Source: a virus
Reading direction: 5' to 3' (one strand)
Length of the DNA stretch: 64,000 bases
IMG/VR virus record: IMGVR_UViG_3300042197_004429
Location: 113,313-177,312 of that record
The notes beneath the pieces were generated by a model. It saw nothing but the letters and a program-made list of their open reading frames with translations, did no database searches and had not been told where the DNA came from. Below, piece after piece: positions 9,149-19,149 of the stretch (position 1 is the first letter of the stretch; the number at the start of each line of letters is the position of its first letter). The translations under genes and the position numbers were made by a program.

Positions 9149-10107
9149 AAAATGTAAATATATTTCAAGGCGATTGTATTGATATTGACAAGAGAATCGC
9201 AAGCGAATCCGTTGATTTGGGAATTTTTGATCCCCCCTTTGGTTTGGGTGAGTCTACGTTTGATAAGCATTATAAACGAGACGAAAATAATGTAATCGAC
9301 GGATATAGAGAGGCACCCGAAGATTATGAAAAATGGACCTTTGATTGGCTATCAGAGGCGTGTCGTGTTTTGAAATCAAATGGTTCCATGTACGTTTTCA
9401 TGGGACACACCAATCTTCGACATCTTCTAAACGCTGCTCATAAGTTGAATCTTTTTGAGATTAACCATTTAATATGGAAATATAATTTTGGGGTTTACAC
9501 AAATAAAAAATTTGTGACATCTCATTATCATGTTCTTTATTATAAGAAGTCTAAAAAATCTCAAGTTAAATTTAACACCTTCTGTAGATTTGGCTCTCAA
9601 GAGAAAGACGATAAGAACGGATCTTTATTATATCAAGATTTAGAGGATGTGTTTTTTGTAAATCGTGAATATGCTTTTGGAGAGAAAAAAAATCAAAATA
9701 AGTTACCTGAAGAGGTGATTAGAAAATTAATATTGTATTCTTCAAATGAAAATGATCTTGTTTGTGATTTCTTTATGGGCAACTTCACCACGGCTTTTGT
9801 GGCAAAAAAACTTGGCAGAAAGGTGACTGGATATGAGATTAATAAAAACTCTTATGAACTCAATATGCCCAAGTTAGAAACGGTTGAATACGGTTGTGAT
9901 TTGAAGAAATTAAAAAAGGTTGAAAATTTAAAACCTTTAAATCAAGGGAAAAAAATATCAAAAGAAGAAATTGATTCTATAAAAAAAGATTATCTTTCGA
10001 TGTTAGAAGAAGGATATAAAAAAGGTAATATTCATTTAGAATTACAAAAAAAATATGGGCGAGGTCGTTTTTCAATAAAAAATATTATTGATAAATGTTT
10101 GTTTTAA
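9145..10107 (+). CDS. N6-adenine/N4-cytosine DNA methyltransferase (beta class) with C-terminal extension
   Basis: Catalytic DPPF near the N-terminus. SAM-binding region NDLVCDFFMGNFTTAFVAKKLGRKVTGYEIN. Confidence 0.88.
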   Translation: MKNVNIFQGDCIDIDKRIASESVDLGIFDPPFGLGESTFDKHYKRDENNVIDGYREAPEDYEKWTFDWLSEACRVLKSNGSMYVFMGHTNLRHLLNAAHKLNLFEINHLIWKYNFGVYTNKKFVTSHYHVLYYKKSKKSQVKFNTFCRFGSQEKDDKNGSLLYQDLEDVFFVNREYAFGEKKNQNKLPEEVIRKLILYSSNENDLVCDFFMGNFTTAFVAKKLGRKVTGYEINKNSYELNMPKLETVEYGCDLKKLKKVENLKPLNQGKKISKEEIDSIKKDYLSMLEEGYKKGNIHLELQKKYGRGRFSIKNIIDKCLF

Positions 10108-10145
10108 CCACCAAATACTAAATATATTGTTTAGTATTTGGTGGT
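10107..10145. terminator. Inverted repeat / possible terminator
   Basis: Perfect 16-bp stem ACCACCAAATACTAAA / TTTAGTATTTGGTGGT with a 7-nt loop, between two genes. Confidence 0.5.
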
Positions 10146-10150
10146 AATAG

Positions 10151-10813
10151 ATGCCTTGTTGGAAGCCAGTTATAACAATCTCATGGAAATTTGATTCTCT
10201 TGAATCTTATCAAAATTGTTTAAAAAAAGTTAAATCTCAAATAGATGAGATCATAGACACTGACCCTCATGGTCAAGATTTTGAAGATTTTTCTATACAA
10301 GTAGATCTTGTCAAAATGAAAGATCGCAAAAAGTTAATTCACGTACAAAAATATGACCCGGATGAAATTTTTTCTTTAGTCACACAAGAAGATGAGAAAA
10401 AAGAATTTATTGTTGGAGAAAAAAGTTATTTTGTTCGAATGAATTCAAGTCGTTATCACGTTTTCAAATCTAACAAAAGTTGTGTGTCTTGTGGTTTACA
10501 AGGCAAATATATGATATTAGACATTAATCCAGGCGATATGTGTCCTCACTTTAATTTTTACGCTGAAGAAAATGGGAGACTTGTCTTGATGACAAAAGAT
10601 CACATAATTGCCAAATCCAAAGGCGGAACCAACGACCTGTCTAACTTTCAAACTTGCTGTGCTATTTGTAATAATTTAAAGGCTGATTACGATTTAAGTT
10701 ATGAAAAAGTCAAGGAATTAAGAAAAATTTATAAAAATGACGATAAACTTTCCAAAAAAGAACTTCGTGATTTATTAAATAAAACAAGAGAAAATATGGT
10801 TCCAAAAAATTAA
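10151..10813 (+). CDS. HNH endonuclease-domain protein
   Basis: CVSC ... MTKDHIIAKSKGGTNDLSNFQTCCAICNNLK. Confidence 0.85.
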   Translation: MPCWKPVITISWKFDSLESYQNCLKKVKSQIDEIIDTDPHGQDFEDFSIQVDLVKMKDRKKLIHVQKYDPDEIFSLVTQEDEKKEFIVGEKSYFVRMNSSRYHVFKSNKSCVSCGLQGKYMILDINPGDMCPHFNFYAEENGRLVLMTKDHIIAKSKGGTNDLSNFQTCCAICNNLKADYDLSYEKVKELRKIYKNDDKLSKKELRDLLNKTRENMVPKN

Positions 10814-10816
10814 TTT

Positions 10817-11521
10817 TTACAAAAACTTAAATCTTGATTTTTGATCATCATAGTGGTTGTATTTTAAGTAATTTGATATCACAAAAGCCAGCACAGTACC
10901 CATGTTTGATGCTTCTTCCTTATTTTTTCTAAATTTATAAGGTATTTCTAGTTGCATTGATTGAACCATGGCATCATTGCTATGTTTTCTAAAATATTGA
11001 TTTAAGTTGTTTGTATCTCTACCGGCATATTTGCCACCACCCTTTCCTTCAAATACACTTTTTTTAACAACATTTTCAAAACAATCACAAAATAAATTTT
11101 TCCTCCATAATTGACAAGTGAGACTATCTTTTTTTATCCCCAATCCATAACCTACCACCATAGCAACTTCTTCACCGGCTCTTTTGTGAACTATGTCACC
11201 ACACCCATGAATATAAAAAATATTTAATTCACTTATTTTGTGCCATTTATGAACAATTTTATTTTTTAATTTAATTATTGGCCTAAGAAACTCTTCGTAA
11301 ACTACGTCTTGTTTGCAGTGATCAATTCTATTGCAGTTCGCTTTATCGTTGTTGACATCAACCAACTCTGATCTTTCAAAGCCCCTATTTATAACGGCAT
11401 AACAATTTAGTTCTTTTGCGGCTTGTTCAGCAATAATGTCTGTGTTGGTGTCATCTGCACCATGGGGTGCAACCAACATTACATTTTTTTTACCCAAGAT
11501 TATAGACACACGTTCTTTCAT
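10817..11521 (-). CDS. Hypothetical protein, possible N-formylglutamate amidohydrolase / Zn-peptidase-like fold
   Basis: VMLVAPHG near the N-terminus, FYIHG and SMQLEI. The resemblance is weak. Confidence 0.4.
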   Translation of the reverse strand: MKERVSIILGKKNVMLVAPHGADDTNTDIIAEQAAKELNCYAVINRGFERSELVDVNNDKANCNRIDHCKQDVVYEEFLRPIIKLKNKIVHKWHKISELNIFYIHGCGDIVHKRAGEEVAMVVGYGLGIKKDSLTCQLWRKNLFCDCFENVVKKSVFEGKGGGKYAGRDTNNLNQYFRKHSNDAMVQSMQLEIPYKFRKNKEEASNMGTVLAFVISNYLKYNHYDDQKSRFKFL

Positions 11522-12231
11522 AAATGAATTTTTCTCTTTTTGTTTTTAAAAATGTTAAAAGCTTCATGATTCTTTGTTCTGTTTAAGCCTATGAAATGAT
11601 AACCTTTTCCTTCGCACAATGTATATTCGCAATTTGTTATTGATTCTTTAGGTATTATAATATAATTCTTATTATCCAAAAGTGCAAGAGCGACTAATCC
11701 TTGTTCGTCAAAAGTTTCATTTTTGTCATGCTCATATAGCGCATTTTTTTCCCATTTTTCCCCAACGTAAAATTTTATGTATTTTTCGAAATCGAAATTT
11801 GGAGGCATACCATAAACCCCACTGTTTATACAAAATTTTGGAGGAACATGATTTTCAAATCTCCCGTAAGTTCTCCCTAAATCTTCTAACAACAAAGTGA
11901 AATTATCTTTTTCAAGAAAATCATCTATTTGCTCTATCCTGTCAGTCAGAATTATGTCATTGTCTATTGATATTTCGTGTCTTTTTGAATCTAATCTTGG
12001 TGGGTATAGTTTCCAAGCAACACCCGTTGCTTCTGGCATTCCATTGATTTTTTTTTGTTGTTCTACTAAATTAAATTTTTTCACTTGTTGTGGAAGTTGA
12101 TCTAATTCACAATTATAGCAAATAAACACATCGGCTTGGTAATACTTTAAAAATGAATTGATTGATTCTATCAAACATTCATATCCGTCTTTGCTTGTTT
12201 TTCCAATTGTCCACTTTGCTAAAGGTCTCAT
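11518..12231 (-). CDS. Putative glycosyltransferase (GT-A-like)
   Basis: WKLYP, ISIDNDIIL (DxD), INSGVYG and DEQG motifs. Confidence 0.55.
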   Translation of the reverse strand: MRPLAKWTIGKTSKDGYECLIESINSFLKYYQADVFICYNCELDQLPQQVKKFNLVEQQKKINGMPEATGVAWKLYPPRLDSKRHEISIDNDIILTDRIEQIDDFLEKDNFTLLLEDLGRTYGRFENHVPPKFCINSGVYGMPPNFDFEKYIKFYVGEKWEKNALYEHDKNETFDEQGLVALALLDNKNYIIIPKESITNCEYTLCEGKGYHFIGLNRTKNHEAFNIFKNKKRKIHL

Positions 12232-12558
12232 AAAAAAATTATTAATTATAGATAAATAATTCTAACAAAAAAGGTATTTTTGAAAAACAAATCAAATATT
12301 ATTGATTTAAGCGACTGCAATAAGATAGTTGTTTCCAAAATTATTCTATCTGTTGTGGGTTATTTTGAGTCTCAAGGAAAGAAAGTAAGTCTCAAAAAGA
12401 AACCACAAAAAACCCATAAAATCCTAACTGTACAAAAAACCACTTGACATAGTGCGTATAATGTATTGGTGGCCCAAAAATACACAGCCCCATAGCCCGC
12501 CCATAATTTTTTTGATACCAACTAGAGCGGCGTACCCCACCAACCGGAGAAACCGAAG

Positions 12559-14064
12559 ATGTCTGAGTGGTTTAGTGCCCATAAGGATGGATTGCGTCAA
12601 ATTGCGGAACGTTTAGTTGAACGCCGTGGATTCGGCATTGTAGGAGGAGAACTCTATCAGAACGTGATGGACACTAACGCAACCTCTTGCGTTATCACTC
12701 TGAATAAACTCGCTGGTCGTCCACTGGCTGAGTTGAGCGTTGAAGATAATGATCCTAATGGCTTTCCTGATTTGGCCCACGCCTGGACTGTTTTTGCTCC
12801 TTCCTTGAAAAAGAGTGATCCTACTAAGGCTGGAAGATTTAATGTTGGCGAGAAAATGGTTCTTGCTTTTTGCAAAGAAGCCAAAATTCACACAACCAAA
12901 GGTCTTGTAGAGTTTAATCAAGAAGGTAGAAAAGAATATACTCGCAGGAAGAGAGAAGTCGGAACTGAATTTTGGGCTTTGATTGAGTGTAATCAAGAGC
13001 GTTATGATCAATTTATTGATTACATGAGAAAAATTATTGTTAGGCCAGGATTGACTTTGACGGTTAATGGAGAAATAATTCAATCTCGTGTCCCGCTCAC
13101 TAAATTTGTTGAAAAACTACCCACAGAAATCGCTGGCGAGGATGGCATTCTTAGAAAATCAATACGCCAGACAGAACTTCAAATTTATGAAGCATTGCCG
13201 GGAGAAGAGCCGTACTTGTATGAAATGGGAATTCCGGTGGTGGAAACCGGAGACAAGTGGCACTATAATGTTTTGCAAAAAGTTCCTTTGAATGTTGATA
13301 GGGATAACGTCACTCCTTCTTACCTAAGAAACTTGCGTGTTGTTGTTTTCAACAATATGCATGAAAAAATTGAAGAAAATGACGTTACTTCTTCTTGGGT
13401 CAACGAAGCAGCAGATGATAAAAATTGCCTACCGGATGCTGTAGAAACTTTTCGTGTAAAGAGATACGGCGAGAAATCAGTTGCTTTTGATCCAACCAAC
13501 CAAGAAGCAAATGCCGAGGCTGTGGCTCATGGCTATACTTTAATACCACCTAGGGGATTAAGTTCCGGTCAAAGAAAAAATCTTTACTCAGCAGGAACCC
13601 TGGTTTCTAGTAGTGATGCTTTTCCCTTGGCTGGCAAGGGTGCGTATAGCGATGATCCAAATGCAACGCCTGTTGAGGTCATCGAAAAAGATAAATGGAC
13701 AGACGGAATGTGTTTGATCCACGAATATACAACAGAAGTTGCAAAAAGATTGCTGGGCAAGAAAGTAGATGTGAGATTCGTTAATTGTTCACGATACGCT
13801 TACAAGCCCTGGAGTGCGTGTTTTGCCAGAGGGCATTTGTTGTCAACTAGTTATTTTGATTACAACATTCACGCTCTAGGCAAAAAATGGTTTTCAACAG
13901 GAGTTAATGAAAGCGTTGATGATTTAATTTTACACGAACTTGCTCATGAGTTTGAGTCTAATCACTTATCGGAAGATTATTATAAGGCTTGTACAAAACT
14001 AGGTGCCAGACTAAAGGCAGAGGTTTTGAGAGATTTTGATTGGTTTTTGAAGTTTGTTAAATAA
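12559..14064 (+). CDS. GHKL (HATPase_c) ATPase fused to a C-terminal HExxH metallopeptidase-like domain
   Basis: GHKL boxes ELYQNVMD, VEDNDPNGF and KKSDPTKAGRFNVGEK. C-terminal LILHELAHEFESNH. Confidence 0.75.
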   Translation: MSEWFSAHKDGLRQIAERLVERRGFGIVGGELYQNVMDTNATSCVITLNKLAGRPLAELSVEDNDPNGFPDLAHAWTVFAPSLKKSDPTKAGRFNVGEKMVLAFCKEAKIHTTKGLVEFNQEGRKEYTRRKREVGTEFWALIECNQERYDQFIDYMRKIIVRPGLTLTVNGEIIQSRVPLTKFVEKLPTEIAGEDGILRKSIRQTELQIYEALPGEEPYLYEMGIPVVETGDKWHYNVLQKVPLNVDRDNVTPSYLRNLRVVVFNNMHEKIEENDVTSSWVNEAADDKNCLPDAVETFRVKRYGEKSVAFDPTNQEANAEAVAHGYTLIPPRGLSSGQRKNLYSAGTLVSSSDAFPLAGKGAYSDDPNATPVEVIEKDKWTDGMCLIHEYTTEVAKRLLGKKVDVRFVNCSRYAYKPWSACFARGHLLSTSYFDYNIHALGKKWFSTGVNESVDDLILHELAHEFESNHLSEDYYKACTKLGARLKAEVLRDFDWFLKFVK

Positions 14065-14093
14065 TTCTTTTTCATTTTTCAAAGAAAGAAAAC

Positions 14094-14951
14094 ATGAATA
14101 CTTTTGAGCATTATGCGCCCACAAAGTTATCTAAAGAAGAAAAAACTGAAATTGAAAACAAAATGAAAGAGGCTTTCTTTTGCTTCGAATCTGTAGCGAA
14201 AGAAAAGTATGGGTTTCCGAATGTTAAAAAACTTAGAAATGATTACAAAAAAGGTTTGATCGATCTTTGTGGCGAAGCGAAAGAACTTATGGAGTGGATG
14301 ATTGCCAACGAACAAAGAATCATTGCTGGCTATATCAAAATGGTCAAGAAAATGGGTTTAACTCCAAGTTATCGAAGCAAAAGAAGAGGAGTTTCTTATA
14401 GCGACTATCTCCAAGAAGCCTGTTGTGCAATTTATGATGCGATGTATTTGTATAACGGAAAAAGTAAGTTCTCCACATATTGCTTTTGGTTAATCAAGAA
14501 CAATATCATTAATTACAACAGATCCCAAGAAAGACAGGATGTTGTAGAGTATCATATTGATGAGATCAAACAACAGGTGTTCGATCTTCAAAGTCAAGGA
14601 ATTACTGTTGAGAAGGCTGTTTCAAAATTATCCTCAACAGACGAATCTGTGTTTGGAACAATTCAGAAAGTTCAGTCCTCGCTTTTGGGCGAGTCAAGGT
14701 CTTTTCAAGATGGCGATGAAAGACTCTTGATGTGGAAGGCCATAGAAGAAACTCAACTTAGCGATCTTGAAAGAAATTTGGTGGACAATTGCATCAATGG
14801 TAATCGTGGTCACATAGCCAGAATGGCGGAAACTGTTATAAATCCAAACACGGGAAAGTTATACACAAAACAAAGGCTCTCCCAAATTTTTATTCGTGCT
14901 TGTGAAAAAATTCGCAAAACCTATCGTAACAAGCAACGAGCCGCTGCCTAG
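14094..14951 (+). CDS. Sigma70-family RNA polymerase sigma factor (divergent)
   Basis: Region 2-like RRGVSYSDYLQEACCAIYDAMYLYNGKSKFSTYCFWLIKNNI. Region 4-like LSDLERNLV...YTKQRLSQIFIRACEKIRK. Confidence 0.75.
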   Translation: MNTFEHYAPTKLSKEEKTEIENKMKEAFFCFESVAKEKYGFPNVKKLRNDYKKGLIDLCGEAKELMEWMIANEQRIIAGYIKMVKKMGLTPSYRSKRRGVSYSDYLQEACCAIYDAMYLYNGKSKFSTYCFWLIKNNIINYNRSQERQDVVEYHIDEIKQQVFDLQSQGITVEKAVSKLSSTDESVFGTIQKVQSSLLGESRSFQDGDERLLMWKAIEETQLSDLERNLVDNCINGNRGHIARMAETVINPNTGKLYTKQRLSQIFIRACEKIRKTYRNKQRAAA

Positions 14952-14985
14952 TTTGATACCAACTAAAGAGACACAAGGAGTAAAA

Positions 14986-16188
14986 ATGAAGACGCAACAA
15001 CAAAAAGCTTTTTTTGATTGGACGGAAGACCAGAGTTTGGCACAAAAAGGCATTCAGCCTCCCAAGCCAAATGCTGACCAGATTCGCACAATGCTTGCTC
15101 AAAATAACTCTAAGTGTCCGTTAAACGACATAGTTGTAAGCCCAGCCAATGAAGGCAATATGAGGATTTTACGCAGATTTGCTTTCTCCTCATATTGTTA
15201 TCACAACCACACCTGTAGGGGTTGTAATTTTGGAATCTATAGCCCCCCAGGTCAGGGTAAAACTTTTGTTGTGAAAAAGTTTGCTGAAACAATTGGCATT
15301 CCTTTTGTTTTTGTGCAAAGCAGTTCGCTGGATAACAACTTTATGTTGTTTCAGCAAATCTCTGAAACTTTGGAAAAGTTCGGAACTCCTTTGGTTCAAG
15401 AACACCATAAGGATCGGGACTTTTATTTGCCACCATGCATTGTGTTTTTTGATGAAGCGCATGAACTAAAAGATTCTATGACAAAGGGATCTTTATTGAA
15501 TGCGATGGAGCCAAATGATGCGATGATGGTTGTGAGAACTCCTGGCAAAAATGGTTCAACTTTTCGTGTTGATTGCTGGGAGGTTTGTTGGATCGCAGCC
15601 ACCACGGAGCGTGGCGATCTTTTTGATGCTTTTGAAAGCCGTCTCAGCACTGCTATCGAATGGCATCCTGCCGAGGGTGACGAATTGGTTCAAATTGTAA
15701 AGCACGGTTTGACCAACAAAGTTAAAACCGGAGAATTACCTTACGCTCCACCCGACGATATTTGTGCATTGATTGCAAAATATCAAAAGGTTCCTCGTTT
15801 GGCAATTCATGGCTTTGGTACAAAGGTTGTTCAACACAAGATGTATATGCCAAGTTGTTCTTGGCGTGAGTGTTGCGATGTTGTGGCGAACGATATTGGC
15901 ATGAACAACTTTGGTTTGACCAAAAAGCAAATGGTTATTCTGTCTGCTCTTGGGCAGCGACCAATTGCCGAAAATCGTCTTGCTGACATTGCTCGTTGCA
16001 GGTTGGCTCAAATTAAAAAGTACGAACTGCCAGCATTGATGCAATACTCGGCAGGCGGTCCTTTTGTAATCAGTGTTTCTGGTAAGGGTCTTTGTATCAC
16101 CAATGCCGGAATATCGTTACTCGATAAAATGAATATAGAACACAAGGGTTCAAAAGTTACCGCAGAGTTTTTTGAATCTCGGCGTTGA
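14986..16188 (+). CDS. RuvB-like Holliday junction branch-migration AAA+ ATPase
   Basis: SPPGQGKT, VFFDEAH, IAATTERGDL, FESRL and a RuvB-like C-terminal winged helix. AAGGAG precedes ATG 14986. Confidence 0.7.
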   Translation: MKTQQQKAFFDWTEDQSLAQKGIQPPKPNADQIRTMLAQNNSKCPLNDIVVSPANEGNMRILRRFAFSSYCYHNHTCRGCNFGIYSPPGQGKTFVVKKFAETIGIPFVFVQSSSLDNNFMLFQQISETLEKFGTPLVQEHHKDRDFYLPPCIVFFDEAHELKDSMTKGSLLNAMEPNDAMMVVRTPGKNGSTFRVDCWEVCWIAATTERGDLFDAFESRLSTAIEWHPAEGDELVQIVKHGLTNKVKTGELPYAPPDDICALIAKYQKVPRLAIHGFGTKVVQHKMYMPSCSWRECCDVVANDIGMNNFGLTKKQMVILSALGQRPIAENRLADIARCRLAQIKKYELPALMQYSAGGPFVISVSGKGLCITNAGISLLDKMNIEHKGSKVTAEFFESRR

Positions 16189-16263
16189 AAACAATGTTGT
16201 TAAAGATTTTCAATTCGATTAGAATGATGACTTCACTCAAACCCCAACAAGTGGAGTTATCAC

Positions 16264-16890
16264 ATGGAATCTTTAAAAAGCGAAGTTAAGACGTATTACG
16301 AAGGTGGAAGAGGCAAAAAACAATGTTCAAAGTGCTACAAATATGTTGCCGCAGTAACAAAAATTTGTGCTTGCGGATCTGAATTTGCAGCAAAGACAAA
16401 TTTTAAGGCCGAAATTTCCACCTTCTCAACCGGGGGAAGAGGCAAAAAAGAGTGTCCCGATTGTAGAAAGTTTGTTGGTGCAATAGTTCCAAAATGTGTT
16501 TGTGGTTTTGATTTTAAGCAAGCAAAAATTTCTAAAAAGGATGCGTTATCTCAATCAATTAGATCAGCACTACAAGCAGCAAACTTACAATCTCAAGAAA
16601 AACTTACATTTAGCCCTGAGTTTGCTTCTTTAATGGTCGGCTGTAAATCAACAATAATTGCACCAGCAGGAAGTTGTCCTCATAAACTCGATAGCACAGA
16701 ACCTGAGAAGATAGACGAATGGATTAGCAAGGTGCGATTGTCGTTTAAAAACAAGCAACAATTTCTAACAATCTCCGGAGTAATTTATTTCATTCATCAA
16801 TTTTTTAATATGTTTAGTCCAGAATACAAGACTGTCAGAGAGTACGTGGAAAAAAGTTTGGGTTCAGAAAGAAGTTTAGGTCTTAGTTAA
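16264..16890 (+). CDS. Double zinc-ribbon protein
   Basis: Two internal repeats GGRGKK-CxxC-x10-CxCG. Confidence 0.7.
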   Translation: MESLKSEVKTYYEGGRGKKQCSKCYKYVAAVTKICACGSEFAAKTNFKAEISTFSTGGRGKKECPDCRKFVGAIVPKCVCGFDFKQAKISKKDALSQSIRSALQAANLQSQEKLTFSPEFASLMVGCKSTIIAPAGSCPHKLDSTEPEKIDEWISKVRLSFKNKQQFLTISGVIYFIHQFFNMFSPEYKTVREYVEKSLGSERSLGLS

Positions 16891-16917
16891 TACCAACTAG
16901 TGCGTCGGAGAATAAAA

Positions 16918-17325
16918 ATGAACACACCAGAAAAACAGCCGATTGTTTTGTCGATGATTTCACAGGGGACACCGGAGTATCCTCGTTTCTACATAGCCGA
17001 TCAATATCTTCGTTATTGGACGGGGGATGGTTGGACCGAGCAAAAAGATGATAAAAACGCATTGATGTATGCCGATTCAAACAAAGCACTCGTTGATATG
17101 AATCGGTTGCTGGTGCTTCAACATGAAAACAAAGTTGTTAAAAGATATAAAGCGCCTATTTACATAGAAGTTTTTTCTGATCAGGAAATTCCTTTGCGTG
17201 ATTTAAAGATGTGGCTTTTTAAAGCAACAAAACTACTGATTGACTCACCAAAAAATGGGAATGGTCCAGTTGCCGGTTCTCTTGGTACTTGTAGAATTGA
17301 ATACTCCGAAATGGAAAGTTACTAA
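16918..17325 (+). CDS. Hypothetical protein
   Basis: ORF starts 17 nt after motif copy 16889, with GGAG upstream. Confidence 0.65.
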   Translation: MNTPEKQPIVLSMISQGTPEYPRFYIADQYLRYWTGDGWTEQKDDKNALMYADSNKALVDMNRLLVLQHENKVVKRYKAPIYIEVFSDQEIPLRDLKMWLFKATKLLIDSPKNGNGPVAGSLGTCRIEYSEMESY

Positions 17326-17327
17326 AA

Positions 17328-18017
17328 ATGTTTCTTGAATTAGTTACCAAAATCTGCATCGTTGTCTCTGCGGTTTCGATGGTCAAGGTTAAAGTATCAA
17401 GCCCTGAGTTTGCTACTAATTTTGCCATCGTTATGTTGGTTTTGAGTTTTTTAAGAGATTGGTACATTCGACGCAACGAAATTTTTCGTATGTTGCCTAC
17501 TTTTGGTTTTTGGTGGGTTACTACATATTTGATATTGTTGCCTTTGATGCCAATTTCAAAAACTCTTACGGGGCAATATTTTTTTAACGCTTGGGAAACA
17601 GTGTTTGCAACGTCGGTGTATGCTTTTGCATTTAGAGCATTTTTGATTGCTAACGAAGGTGCCTCCCGTGCAATTATGACGCTGCTTGGTTTTGATAACA
17701 AAAGATTAGACAGGGCTCAAAGAATCATGGAACAGAGGTTTTATGGCAATGCCATGAATAGGGGCAATAGTTGTGTAGTTAACGGTTCTTGTAGTGTTGA
17801 TAATTTTACCCAACCAGAACAAGGCTATTACAAATATGAATCGTCTCAAAATCAAGGCGATTGTCCTAGGTGCGGTGCGGTGGAGGTAAATTCTTTTGAG
17901 CCATGTTGGAATTGCGGTCTTGCAAAGCAACAAGTTGCCACAAGAAGATTCAAGTGCAAATCTTGTAAGCCAAAGAATATAGATTTTAATTACACAAATG
18001 TTCAACCAAAAAGATGA
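17328..18017 (+). CDS. Membrane protein with C-terminal zinc ribbon
   Basis: Several hydrophobic segments, then CPRCG..CWNCG..CKSC. Confidence 0.6.
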   Translation: MFLELVTKICIVVSAVSMVKVKVSSPEFATNFAIVMLVLSFLRDWYIRRNEIFRMLPTFGFWWVTTYLILLPLMPISKTLTGQYFFNAWETVFATSVYAFAFRAFLIANEGASRAIMTLLGFDNKRLDRAQRIMEQRFYGNAMNRGNSCVVNGSCSVDNFTQPEQGYYKYESSQNQGDCPRCGAVEVNSFEPCWNCGLAKQQVATRRFKCKSCKPKNIDFNYTNVQPKR

Positions 18018-19149
18018 CGCCCTGTGTGTTCAAAAGTATTTGCTGTCAGGCAAAACTTGCGATGATTTGAGTAATGAATTTTATATAAAAACTAATTTTC
18101 ACTCAGATCTTCCGTTGGTTATTTTGAATTATGATCAAATTAATTCACCTAAAAAAAATCCTATTGTCCGAGAGTGTAGAGGTCTTGTTTTAAATTGTAG
18201 TGATTGGTCTTTGGTTGCTCGTTCTTTTCCCAGATTTTTTAATTGGGGAGAAGTTCCTGAAGAGATGGATTTCTTCGACTTTAATGATTTTGTTGTTCAA
18301 TCAAAAGAAGATGGATCTTTAGTAATCATTTATTTTTTTAACAATGAGTGGCACGTAAACACCAAAGGTTCTTTTGCGACAGATTTGATGCAAAATCAAT
18401 CTTTCACTTGGAGACAGGCTGTTTGCAAGGGCTTGGGAATAAATGATTTAAAAGATCTAAATTCTATATTAGATCCTAAATTAACCTACATCTGTGAATT
18501 TGTTAGTCCTTGGAATAAAGTTGTAAGATATTACAAAAAACCACAAGTCTATCTTCTGACTGTTTTTGAAAAACATGAAGAACTAACATTAGAAAATGTA
18601 GATGTTTCTAATGTTAAAATTTTTCAAAACCTTGATCTTTATCAATTTAAAAGCATTCAACAAATTCAAAAATTTTTAGAAGAAAAATCTGTAGAAGACA
18701 AAACTTTTGAAGGTTTTGTGATTTGTGACAAAAACAAAAACAGATGGAAGATTAAAAATCCAAGTTATCTTTCTTTGCACAAAATCAAAGGTGAAGGAGA
18801 TAATTTATTTCATCCCAAACATTTACTTCCATTTGTTCTTAAAAACGAAGCAGATGAATTGTTTACTTATTTCGAAGAAGTAAAAGATCAATATTTTTCA
18901 ATTAAAAATCAAGTAGACAATTTCTATGCCAAAACTTTAAAAGTTTGGCAAGAAAATAAGGATACAGAATCTCAAAAAGAATTTGCATTATCAATTCAAC
19001 AAGAAGATTTTAAATCAGTTCTATTTGATGTTCGAAAGAAACACGGACAGAATCAGACGGAAAAGAATTTAAGAGAAGAATTTTTAGCCAACCCGGATCT
19101 GATTCTAAAAAAATTGAAGCAAAAGCAGCCTGTTTTTCAAGATTCTTAA
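17998..19149 (+). CDS. RNA ligase, T4 Rnl1 (RnlA)-like
   Basis: RECRGLVL, RSFPRFFNWGE, motif I KEDGS, EGFVI and RWKIKNPSYL. Confidence 0.85.
   Translation: MFNQKDDALCVQKYLLSGKTCDDLSNEFYIKTNFHSDLPLVILNYDQINSPKKNPIVRECRGLVLNCSDWSLVARSFPRFFNWGEVPEEMDFFDFNDFVVQSKEDGSLVIIYFFNNEWHVNTKGSFATDLMQNQSFTWRQAVCKGLGINDLKDLNSILDPKLTYICEFVSPWNKVVRYYKKPQVYLLTVFEKHEELTLENVDVSNVKIFQNLDLYQFKSIQQIQKFLEEKSVEDKTFEGFVICDKNKNRWKIKNPSYLSLHKIKGEGDNLFHPKHLLPFVLKNEADELFTYFEEVKDQYFSIKNQVDNFYAKTLKVWQENKDTESQKEFALSIQQEDFKSVLFDVRKKHGQNQTEKNLREEFLANPDLILKKLKQKQPVFQDS

Noticed and set aside
12444-12462. Perfect TTGACA and TATAAT boxes upstream of the first motif
   Set aside because: The spacer is only 7 nt, incompatible with a sigma70 promoter. 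A similar 7-nt arrangement at 26228-26246 was noted, but two cases are too few to call a motif.
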